DNA from: Lenisia limosa
Taxonomy: Eukaryota; Protista; Breviatea
DNA length: 64,000 nucleotides
Reading direction: 5' to 3'
NCBI GenBank assembly: GCA_001655205.1
Contig: LPNZ01009518.1
Coordinates: 27,038 to 91,037 of the forward strand
A model generated the notes under the pieces. The model made no database searches. It had not been told where the DNA came from and saw nothing but the letters and a program-made list of their open reading frames with translations. Numbering within the stretch: position 1 is the stretch's first letter; every line of letters begins with the position of its first letter. Position numbers and translations under genes: made by a program. Positions 53,101 to 64,000 of the stretch are shown here, piece after piece.

Positions 53101-56100
53101 AATACAGGACATGGGGGGTAGAGCTTCCCTTTGGCCGAGGATAAAAATATAACAAAACATTTCCTCGTATTGTACAACTCACAAGTAATGTTGAGCAATG
53201 GACGGAAGCTGATCCGGGTACTGAGAGTGCAAATATCGGCCAATTTCCCCATGTAGAGAGCGCCGCTCGTCCGGGGCAATAAGGTCATAAATGACCTCCT
53301 TGATGGTGGGGCTCTTAAAGACGTAATGCAGCCCGTCCGACCGTGAAGATGGTTCAACCAATCCGTGGTTGGCAAGGGCTTCAACATGCCTCCGCACCTG
53401 GAAATATGATCGTGTCGCCCTCACATCACACAGCAGAGTCGCAAGGCAAATGATTGGGTGAATTAATATTATACTCTAATCCAATATCTCTTTGATGGTG
53501 GATCCGCCCTCACCTGGTGAGCCTCACTACCGGCCGGGTACACCTCTTGGATAACTAGAACAGAAAACTCCAGGCCAACAACCGCAGCGACTTTCAAGGT
53601 TAGCTGCAATGCTGGGGGGGGGGGGGGNNNNNNNNNNNNNNNNNNNNNNNNNNNNNNNNNNNNNNNNNNNNNNNNNNNNNNNNNNNNNNNNNNNNNNNNN
53701 NNNNNNNNNNNNNNNNATTGTAAAAGAGTTCGAGGGAAATACCAATGAGGACCAAATAATAACTCAACAGCAAAAGTGGAGGCCCGACCAGCTTACCAGG
53801 TGCAAGGTGATCAACTCGGCTGAGAATTAGCCCAATGACAGCCTAAAAGTGAGAATGTTATACGTCATACCTGGGGTAATGCAAGGTGAGCAAGGTCATG
53901 ACCGGGCTTGAGGACAATGACTCCGTTTTGATTGGCAACCGCATCCTAAAGCCAGTAAATAACGGTTTTGTTATCTTGTAGAAAAGGCAAAGAATGTGCT
54001 ACAAGGTGATGGCAAAAGGCTTTCTGGTATGGTATCCTAGTTGTAGTATTGAGAGTAGAACAATGTCCATAATAATTGCATTGGGACTAGGGCTTCACCC
54101 GGTTCGAAAAAAGACTGAATTTCTTGATAAGTCTCGAAAATTTTCGATGTTTTACCGGTCTTTTCGAACCGATGTGAAGCTCTAATTAGGGCAGCTCACC
54201 TCAGTTAGGAGAGAGAGCGCCATTTCCTCGACCAAAAATGGGTTTCCGTGGCTTCTTGACAGAATGGACTCAATGATTTCAGTATCAATGTCACTTGCCT
54301 GATGGTGAGACAACAACAGTGACAAACCGATAAAGAGCTGAGGGAGCTTAGCGTCAGACGGCGCACATCATCCAACTGAAGAGCCTCAAGTTTCAAGCTA
54401 CTCCATGAGAGGAGGTGTGCTCTTAAAAGAAAGAAAACAATACAGATCTTAAATTTTGGGACCAAAGGGAAGTTCAAGCTGCCAGAACGCTTACAATATG
54501 CTTTGGCACGTTGAATGGAGGATCTTGAGCTCGGCAGGAGGAGACGTTTCAATACCCCATGGGCGGTGCGAAATAACTAACAGGAGCGGCAGGTGCTGCT
54601 GACTGAGGCTGACTATTGCTTGCCATGACGTAGAGTCAAGGAAGTGTCCGTCATGAAGGAAGAGCACTGTTGGATGAGTCCAAGGAACGCACTATGTTTG
54701 GCTATACATGTATGTGCTCTTTCAGTCCAGGCCTACACAAAGGCGAAGCAATCAGGGCGGTTTGGATGAGGTACAGCAAGACGGCCTTGGCCTTGGACGT
54801 GCGTTGTTTGCCTTTCAGCGCTGCACAGGCTGGCGTTTCAGGGGTTCGTCGCCCGAGTAAACTGCGTGTCAGAGTTGCTGCTCAAAACAGTATCCCTTAT
54901 TGCCTCATACTGGTTGAGTAAAGGACTGTAGGTTTTCATGATCTTGGCGGCAGCAGCTTCTACCGTCCCAGATATGCCGGAGTTTGGGGGGCTGAAAGTG
55001 GTTATGAAAGCAAAAGGCAATCTTGTATTGTACACCAGGGGTCTATATCACCCACCTTGACGGGAGGCCAAGAATAGTTTTCACGATGTCTTTGAAGCCG
55101 GCGAGAGCATCCGAACCTCCAGTCGAGTCGCCGGACCCCTCAAGCGTGATGAGGCCGATGTCGCGGCTCAATGAGCAGATGTGCCGCGCGAAGTGCGACT
55201 TTCCCAGTCCAGCTTCCCCTAGAATATCAAGAGATAATAAATACAATATGACAAGGAAGTATCTGGCCTAAGCCGTCCACAACATTCACGCTTACAAGAG
55301 ATATTGGAGTACAGTGTAACATTAATTCACCTATCATTTGCCTTAAAACTCTGTTCACAACGTGCGTTACGTTCAAACCTTCAACAAAGATGATGCGCGC
55401 AGGACCGGATTGACTGATATCATCAAGGTCCTTCAGACGCTCAATTTCGGTTCGGACGATGTCCACCTCCTTCTTCCTTCCAAATAGAGGTTTTCGTCCA
55501 GAGTCCGGACCGGACCGTACCATGACAGGCGTGTACACCTGCGATGTTAGATTTGCCTCCAAAAAGAGCCAGGACAGACGTTGAGCTGCTGGCCGCCCTT
55601 GATGGTCAGCGTCCCCTGTGCATTATGCAGACAACGGTAGCGGGTCAGGTCGTAGGTGTTTTGGTCAATAAGAACTATCTGACTGCTCTGGACAGGGTGA
55701 GGTGGAAGAAAGCATAATTATTGTAGACAGCCTGACATATAGGGTGTGTTTTCTTATAGGGGAGAAAGTGCTCAAAAGCTAAAGCAAAAGTGCTCTCACC
55801 CACATTTGCCATGATATGCGCCGCTAAGTTGACAGCATGCCCAATGACTGTGAATTCTCTTCGGTTCTCGTTTCCAACTATAGAATAAGAGCACCATATT
55901 CATACCAGCTCCACAGAAGCACTTTCCAGTTGCAACTCCGACCGACGCGATTTGCTTCTTATCAGACAGGGCGCGGTACATCTCAAGAGCAGCCTGAGGG
56001 TAAGAGAACACCTTGGCATACCATCACGCCTCTCAGAGGGTCGTTCTCGTGGAACACCAATGCTCCCAAAGTGCCAATAAGAACGGTGCCTTTGTCGTCG

Positions 56101-59100
56101 ACAAGGAACTACGGAATCACTTTCAAGCCCAAGATATTAACCCCTTTATGGACCTTCACAGAATTGTGGTCCAGTTAAAAATTCGTAACGAAAAAACTAA
56201 ATCACAAGACCTGACACCGCCTTGAGCAGAGAAAAAGTGCTTTCAGTATGGGGTGAAAAAGAGAGTACCCCACACGATAGGCTATTATTCTCAGCCAACC
56301 TGTCTCACAGTCCCTTCGAATCTGAACAGAATAGCTTGTAAAGTCTTGAGCACGGATTGGACATTGTCGATCTGATCGTTATAAACAGCAGCTGACTCAC
56401 CTGGTCGGACGCAAAGGTAAGACTTTCCAGCTTGACAAAAACGGTTGTGACCCTTCTTATTTCGCCTTGGAAGTCTGATAATCCAGCATCAACACGCGCA
56501 AGAACTTCCGCCTGTCGTTCGTGAATTGAGACATGTGGTAGAATTGTATTAGTAAAAGAGTATACCAATCGAGGAGCGGGGNNNNNNNNNNNNNNNNNNN
56601 NNNNNNNNNNNNNNNNNNNNNNNNNNNNNNNNNNNNNNNNNNNNNNNTAAGGTATCAATCATGATACTGATATTTCATCAATTCACTGTAGTACTGCGGG
56701 GTGAGTGGGGGGAGGGGCATACCTGAATGTAACGCCGGATGCCAGGGTTTTCCGACTTCGCCACCACTCCCAATTCAGAGTTATGTATCTCACAAGGCAC
56801 GCTCTTCGGAATAGTGTCCATAATGAAGATCCTGGGAGTGAGAAGAACAAGACAGCCTACTCGTTTTCCTCCCTTGAAATCTGAATTTTTGCCGCCACAT
56901 CACTGAAGGCCTCGCGAGAAAGCGCCAACTCTCCTCTCTGTATTGGGTCAAACAAAGAGCCTCAAACCTTGGCGTTGTTGACGGCCTCGCCAAGTTGACT
57001 CATGCTTTGACCCGCAACCACGTATTCCCATCGGCCGTCCACACCACCTGAAAGTGAGAATTCAGGGTTTGAATGGTGGACACAAAATGGACAATTGCAG
57101 CTTTGAAACAAGCCATCCCACCAAGATGCAGGCTTGCGAGACGCCCGGCTGATACCGCCCCGTGAAGGTACAGCGACAAATCGTTGTTGTTCGGATCAGT
57201 GTAGATCAGTCCAACACACTCAATTCCGCACCTCACTGCCATCCCTGCAAGATAAAAGTCATCCAAAGAAAAGAAGATTACATGTAATTTTTGACCTCTC
57301 AAGATCGCAACCAGGGTGTCCGAAAGTGACAATAAGCGCATCACCAGCAAATTTAACCACATCGCCTGTGTATGTAAAAAAAACAGACACCGATGGAAGG
57401 TTTAATCATTTAGATGCCCCACCTCCAAAACGGTCAATAACGTGCTGAATCATGTTGAAGTAGTTGTTCAAATGCTGGATGGTGAGGATCACGAAGCGAT
57501 AAGAATAGTAACGAAGGGTGCTTACAAAAGAAACTGTTTCGGCGGGGTAGGACTTGGCAAATGCTGAGAAGCCACTGATGTCGAGAAACAAAATGCTGTC
57601 GAGTTTAGGGACAAAAAAAATTAGCGCTTCACATTTGGTTCGTAAAAGCCAGTACAAATAAGGATATTTAAAGAACGAAGTGAAGCCATCAAAACAACTC
57701 AAATCAACATTCAGAGAAAAACGAGAACCACAAACTTGCCATAGAAGTAGTCAATTTCTGGCCCGAAGGGAGGAGAGTTGTTCGCATTGAACCGCCGCCA
57801 AATAGCACGCGGTACAAACGCTGAAACTAAAACAGTGACAAAGAGGAAGGTCACGTACCTGCAGTGTTGCCAAGCTTGTTCAATGACAATTCGTTTGTTA
57901 GTTTGTTGACAGTCTAAAGAGTGAAACAATGGTAGTAAGTTACCTTCTTCTTTTGGAAACTTGTATGAACAGTGGCGGTGGAAGAGGACTAAACTGTTAG
58001 TAAAAAAAAGGAAAACAAACCCTGCTTCTGGTCCGGGGTTGAGGAGTGATAGAATTTGCCTGGAGGGGTCAATGGAAAAGTTAATCTGAATAGCACATGG
58101 AACTACAGCAGACTTCCATCCAGGTGAATGATATGAGAAGATACTTCATATTCTCTTACCATAAGTCGGTTTTTGATGACAACATTAGGGTCGGCAGTTT
58201 CAGCAGGATCTGAGCAGTGAAGCTATCGTAATGTTGCAGTAGAGATCTGTCTTTCGAACGATAAAGCAACAATGAAATATCATATTCCCCTCACGTGGTG
58301 ATGGTGGTGTGGTTACAGTAACAATGGGGTATTGCTCCTCATCGCTATCCGAGCCGAATTCCTCATCAGGCAGGGCTGGCACCTTGGAGTTACGACATGA
58401 TGAATGACTTACTCTCTCATTGATGTTCCTCAGACTACTGGTCACTGCGGCGTGGAACATTGCTGGGTCAATACTTGCCTCACTAGGCATGTTTGAGGGA
58501 CTAAAACGGTGAAATTGAATGGCAATAAACCAACGTTTTCGGCACCCGGGGCGAGCGACTCGGAGAATGCGCGCCCTACACCATCAGTATAGCCATCAAT
58601 GTGCAGAAATGAAATTGTTGACGCAATGACAAAGAAAAAAGATCGAGACACACGGCCCTGCAGACTGTTCTTGAGGGGGACGGCTGAGCGGATAGTTGCA
58701 CATTAAGCTGTCCCGACGCTTGGCGCTGACGCAATTGCTCAATATCCGACGAAGACGTACCCATCACTTGCCGCGTCACCCGGGGCACCCTAGGGATGCT
58801 AGGAAGCGGCTTGGGTAACAGTATCGGCGGCGACCCTGATCTAGACACCCCAGGTGAGACAAGTTGGGTTTTGGAGGTGTTTTTGGACACAGTGACGGAT
58901 GAGAGGTGGGAAGAGGGGTTCGTTGAGGGTTGAGACGTCAGAGGCGACAGAAAGGGTGATGAAGGGAATGTGTCGGTCGGGACTTTTGGCGAAATAGACC
59001 GTCTTTCGAAGGAGCTACCCTCCACTGCTTTAGGAGACGCTTCGGGAGAGTGCTGGGGGGATGGGGCCCTTGACCTGTCTCCTCGCACAAGTCCTGCAAA

Positions 59101-60499
59101 AGCAAACCTGGACAGTCAAACCAGGCTTAAAGCTAAGTCAAAATAGCCCCACAGACTTGCCTGAGTGACTATGTGAACGCGTGCGAGTGTTCAGATAAAG
59201 AACAGGCAGGTTGCTGACGGTGGCGTCCGTTGTAAGGGGGCTATTCAACAATGAAAAAAGAGGACGGCAGTAGCCATGCTTATCAAGAATATAAAGAGAA
59301 GAACTGAAGCCTAGGTTGTCAACACTACATGCACTACGAAATTCAATGATTCTATTATTCCTTCCATTATAGCTTTAAGAAAATGCATTTAGCCCAGGTT
59401 CAGCCATATAGCTTTACGAAATACAGTTAGCCCAGGTTCACAAACCTTGGAAGAGATCCATGCGACGTCCCAGGAATGATAAGTCTAAACAATGATTGCT
59501 AGGAAAAGAGCCCTACTCAGTTAGCGGCACTTTAGCAGCACCCTTGCTTTGGCTTTCGCCAATTAGACCTGGGAATGACGTTGAAAGTGACGTGTTTGGT
59601 GCAGCTATGAGGGTAATAGCGACCTGGCCAATGCAAAAAGAAGCAGAAACTCCGCCACCAACAGTTCCTCTTGACACCCGACGGAATTGCCGATTCCGAC
59701 TTCTTGGCGCTTTGGATAGCCAATTCATTGGCCTGCTCAAGGTCCGCCGCCGACTTTCCACCTACTCTGCTGTACATGGGGTTGAGCTCGAGGTTTATTG
59801 TTGGAGACGTGGACAGGTTAACGGATGGCCTGGGCGCACTTAGGCAAGCCGTTGACAGTGGCGAAGATTGGCCTCGTTGCCGCCGTGGAAGAAGATCTGA
59901 GGAGTCAGCTCATTGGGCGGATTAGTTGGGCTTCCTTACAGTCCAAAAAGGTCTGAATTTCTGATCCTCGATAAAAACAGATATTATACTGGTATTTTTC
60001 GGACCGTAGAGCCCCCGCGGACACCGTCAACACCACCCATAAACATAGACATCACACAAGCCCATTTCACTGAGGAGAGGTAACACATGATATTAAATAT
60101 TGGCGAACCTGGAGTAAGTGAGGCCGGATAGTCTCTTGTCGCCCCATCACGAACCATCCCATCCGGGGTGAGGAAGCCGGTTCCTAAAGAGACAGCATAA
60201 ATATGTAACGATTTTCCCATATCCAACTGCAAACGCCTGACATTTATTCCAATAATTGTTAATAGTGTAGCTAATGTAATTACATATCCAACCTGCTCGA
60301 AGGCGAGCTGCTGGATGCTGATCATTTCGTCCAGTGGGAAGGTTAGAGAGGGATGTAGTTAGAGATCGCGGGCAAATCGATTGCCGAATCTAAGGGTATT
60401 CTATCAAACAATTGAGATAAAAAATAGAATTATAAGCAAGGCAGAAGGTCAAGAAGGAAAGGAAAGCCCACAAACCTGGCGCTTTGGGTTCTGATACAT
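50150..60499 (-). CDS. ADCY10: Soluble adenylyl cyclase type 10-like protein: tandem class III cyclase domains, AAA/P-loop NTPase, helical C-terminus, long low-complexity N-terminal extension
   Basis: C1: SAFVPRAIW, ILFLDISGF, VVKFAGDAL, LHGAVSAG, GRWEYVVAG. C2: GEIRRVTTVFVKL, DDKG, VGVATGKCFCG, RREFTVIGHAVNLAA. P-loop LFGRKKEV...IFVEG|EAGLGKS. Start (60499) and end are inferred; the part above 59.1 kb could be a separate small gene. Confidence 0.87.
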
Positions 60500-60727
60500 T
60501 CCAAGTCTTATAGTAGCAGTTCAGAAACAGCTTCACTAACAACTTCGTTGTAGATATTGAATAAAAACCATTGTGCCTGAGGAAATAACTGATTCGGGCT
60601 GTTGCTCACTGCTCTCTGGGTACGTAAAGAAGCCAATACTATACCAATATATCAACAATACTTAAGAATAATCTAGAATATGTACAGATGGTCGATAAAC
60701 GATGAAACTGGAAATTTTTGATTTTTG

Positions 60728-60748
60728 GGGTTTTGGTGTTTTTTGCGG
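60728..60748 (+). promoter_or_regulatory. Candidate promoter motif GGGTTTTGGTGTTTTTTGCGG in the ADCY10-like/TRIC bidirectional intergenic region
   Basis: Near-identical to 33945-33965; lies about 130 nt upstream of the TRIC ATG. Confidence 0.35.
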
Positions 60749-60879
60749 AAAATGCCTCGCGGCGGCGGCATAGTCTTGCTGTGTTGGTGCCGGTCCGGTT
60801 CCCCGCAAAATTGGGCAATTGGCCCCCCCCCTTAATCTTGCGGATATATCACGGACTCTAAAAAGCCCGAGCTTCCATC

Positions 60880-62079
60880 ATGCTTCTGGACTCTGTTCTT
60901 GAGCCAGTGCAGATCTTCTTGTTTGAACCGTGGTTTGGCGTGTTGACTATCACATGGATCCATTCTCTCTGGGGTTAGGGGGAGGTTATTTGAGGAACTT
61001 CATTGCTTTTATTTTTTGTTTCTCTATTTTTTGTCCCCCCCCCCCCNNNNNNNNNNNNNNNNNNNNNNNNNNNNNNNNNNNNNNNNNNNNNNNNNNNNNN
61101 NNNNNNNNNNNNNNNNNNNNNNNNNNNNCAAATCATGATCTCCCAAAATATCCGGTATTGCAGTACCTTCTTGTTGTCGTTGGTACCGCAGGAGGTAAGC
61201 TGATTATCTTGAGAAATGAAACATCAGGAATGAATATCGATGAGTTTATTCTGCACAAGCCCTTCTCATTTGTCTACAACTTTTTCCCAGTTGCGATAAC
61301 ATGGTAAGTCGACCAAATTGAACTGCTGTTGACTCCAATAGGACTCTGGTTAATTACTCACCTTTCGATATCGTGTGGAGAGTTATTACGTCTACACCTT
61401 TTATGGTAAGTATGTTGTGAGGCAGTTGCGGTACTAAGGTTTCAGGTGATGCATGAGCTTAGCGAAGGATGTATCTGGGTAAGTAGCCTTGATTGTGAAA
61501 ATTACTATCCAGTGGGTGGCAATGCTTGGAGGTCTTCAGGTTGGACTCAGCAACTTTGAAGGACATTTGATTCCAATCTTGTTTTTCACTCTGATAAGAG
61601 GTGAGCACATTGGAGGGTCTGACAAGACAGGTTGCGGCGGAGCATTTTTCATGTGGTATGAAAAGACAACTCGAGGAATCTGGGACATATTCGACCTTCA
61701 CCATCCTTCAATGTAGGAGCTGACGGGGGAAGGGTTTTTTAAAACAGAATTTTATTTCCAAGGCCCTTGAGGATGACTTTCTATCACTCAGCTATGATCG
61801 TAGCATCGTATCACATCCATTCGGATCTCTTTGAAGTAGTGCGTGTATACGTGTTTTGCGTCTGCACCGCATTTATGGTCAGCTGTGCTCTTGGAACGTA
61901 AGGGGGGGGGGGGNNNNNNNNNNNNNNNNNNNNNNNNNNNNNNNNNNNNNNNNNNNNNNNNNNNNNNNNNNNNNNNTAGCATGATCAGTCCGTACATCTC
62001 TATTGAAAACTTTGTCCTTTCTTTATGGATGAAGTTGTCTCATTGGTTCCCCCACATTCATTCCAAGAAGAAAGACTAA
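60880..62079 (+). CDS. TMEM38: Trimeric intracellular cation channel (TRIC/TMEM38 family)
   Basis: Spliced protein contains VVVGTAGG...HKPFSFVYNFFPVAITWTLVIYSPFDIVWR and LFFTLIRG|CGGAFFMWYEKTTRGIW, matching the family GGG and RGAGG...KGDW motifs. Multiple hydrophobic segments; basic tail SKKKD followed by TAA. Confidence 0.8.
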
Positions 62080-62111
62080 TTTTTCCAATATGTATTGTTT
62101 CAAAACTGTTT

Positions 62112-64000
62112 TCAGTAGAGGCACTCAGGACTATACTCCATGATGAGGGCCATTATGCAAGGAAATGAATGAATGTCGGTGTCACCAAACTCAGGATTGT
62201 CCTGTTCAATAAGCGAGATTGGTGATAAAATGGCAATTTACTATTTGTGATCAGATAGCAATGAGGTGTAACCTACAAAGGAGTATGTTTGGCACTCAGC
62301 ATTGTTCTTGAGCAGAATCAGCGCAGATGAGACAGCTTCATTATCGCACGCCCAAAGAAGGGAGGTGGAAAACTAAAACATGACTAAGAAGTCAGAATAC
62401 CCCCACAGAGTTGTCACCAGGATTGTCTACATCAGCACCCGATTCAATCAAATACTCCACAATGTTGTCATTTCCCCTGGTACAAGCTGAGTTGAGCGGA
62501 GTTCCAAGCTTGACGAATCAAAAGGCAAGCTCCCCTACAGTTGGGCTGTTTATTTCTAAATTTGCACCATGTTCAACTAAGACTTTTACAGTGTCAATAT
62601 GTCCATTAAAACATGCCCAATTGAGAGCAGAATCACCCTAGAATGTGAATCCATTTTGAAAGTAACACACATCGTCATTTTGAGAATCGGCTTGAATACC
62701 CTTCAACAGAAGATGTCGGACAAGAGACACACTACCTGCGTCAGCAGCCCAATGCAGCATTGTCATCTTCTTGAAATATAAATTAAAGGCAATAAAAATT
62801 ACACTAAATTCTGTAATAATTGAGTTGAGTGAAATGGGGGGGGGGGTTACGACATGAAAGCAAGAATTGAGAAAGTCATAATTCACGCAGTAATGAGCTT
62901 ATTCTCTTTCAGTGGACCAACCTGTTTATCAACATAGTAAATATCAGCTCCATAATTGATGAGACGCCACGCAATGTTAGGCTGACGACACTCTATTGCT
63001 ACTAATAATGCTGATTTTCCTTTCTATAAAGGTCAGCGATGACCTCACAAACCTCATTCACGATGGAGATGTCAATTTGTTTGCAACTCAAAAGAAATTC
63101 AACAATATTCTCAAAAAAAGTACTTGCCAACGTTAGTGGGGTAGATCCCTATGATTATTTAGGAACAACTGCACAATTGGGCAACCTTTTGTGTCGGCCT
63201 TGACTCCACTCACATCACAATTTTGACAATTGACATCAGCCCCATTCGATACCAGGTACTCCACAACATCTTGATGACCATTGTGACAAGCCATATGAAG
63301 GGGAGTCTCAAGCTAAGGAATTATGCATCTAATTTTGAATATGATTTGAACGCTACATGCCTGTTGAATGAGCCCATATACATAACATGATAAACAAAAA
63401 TCGTTCTAATTTTCTTGACGAAGAGCATAAAAAGAGAAAAACGAAAAACCTTGAATGGAACCGTGAAATTTTTTTTTAAAAAAAGTGAGTATTATCTATG
63501 TCAATATGAAAATTGTGATTATATCTTTTGATATGGTATATCGATATAGCTTGTTGAAAAAATATGTTATTAAATCATCACTATTTGAGACTGCTTGCAA
63601 GTCAAGTGGTATTTTGTAACTGGGAAGTCCATTTCAAGCATACCATATTACAATATTTTGCATTTCTACCTACCGTAGGAGTTTTGTGATTAACATCAGC
63701 ACCATTTTGCACCAAAAACTTCACAATGTCAAGGTAGCCCTTTTTACAGGCTTGCATGATTGGATTCCACTGCGAATATTAGGTCCCACTTTCACCAACA
63801 TATTGTTCATTGTAATGCGGGAGTTCACCACTGATTTCTACCAAGTCCTTGACTGCATGGAAACAACCTTTGTTAATGGCTTTTTTGAATTCCTGGGGGA
63901 TAAGTCCAGATCTCATTGCACATAAACAGAGGCCAACCTCAAATATGGACATCTTTCGGGTGCTTGGGCTTGGGGATATGTTCTTATGTCCAAGTGAGTG
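62112..64000 (-). CDS. Ankyrin-repeat protein, 5' partial
   Basis: Repeats WNPIMQACKKGYLDIVKFLVQNGADVN, TMLHWAADAGSVSLVRHLLLKG, GDSALNWACFNGHIDTVKVLVEHGANLE and GTPLNSACTRGNDNIVEYLIESGADVD. The last exon and stop (62112) are inferred. Confidence 0.87.

Noticed and set aside
57735-57745. Possible GC-AG intron donor (GCAAGT) before the first cyclase exon
   Set aside because: It puts ILFLDISGF out of frame, whereas the adjacent GT donor keeps the frame.
59532-59777. Minus-strand ORF ending KQGCC, resembling a Rab-type prenylation signal
   Set aside because: No GTPase motifs are present. An alternative frame (GLIGESQSKGAAKVPLTE) ends at a donor site and continues into the ADCY10-like N-terminus.
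60760-60860. GC-rich stretch that could be a structured ncRNA (tRNA, snRNA or SRP)
   Set aside because: No tRNA A/B boxes, snRNA signature or Sm site recognised; it is more simply a GC-rich 5' UTR or promoter. An Infernal/Rfam scan would be decisive.

Overview
Eukaryotic nuclear DNA from a gene-dense, very intron-rich microbial eukaryote; the organism cannot be named from sequence alone. The ORF track is fragmentary because genes are split by many GT-AG introns, mostly about 28-60 nt, often with a branch-point-like YTRAY 6-8 nt before the intron end. The code appears standard (TAA/TAG end proteins at their conserved C-termini). I reconstructed about 16 genes by manual splicing, arranged mostly as alternating head-to-head and tail-to-tail pairs. 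Recognisable genes: an IQ-motif protein, phospholipase B-like, MMS19, a BRWD/PHIP WD40-bromodomain protein, TCD1-like ThiF enzyme, a long coiled-coil protein, a ferric reductase, a receptor guanylyl-cyclase-like protein, an ADCY10-like cyclase/AAA protein, a TRIC/TMEM38 channel and an ankyrin-repeat protein; five more are orphans. The most interesting region is 43-62 kb: an animal-style receptor-GC whose kinase and cyclase domains both look catalytically dead, facing an ADCY10-like cyclase with His replacing the conserved catalytic Arg, which is itself head-to-head with a TRIC channel. No rRNA, tRNA, CRISPR array or transposase was recognised. There are 13 N-gaps, several flanked by homopolymers. 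Gene boundaries come from manual splicing and are approximate unless stated.
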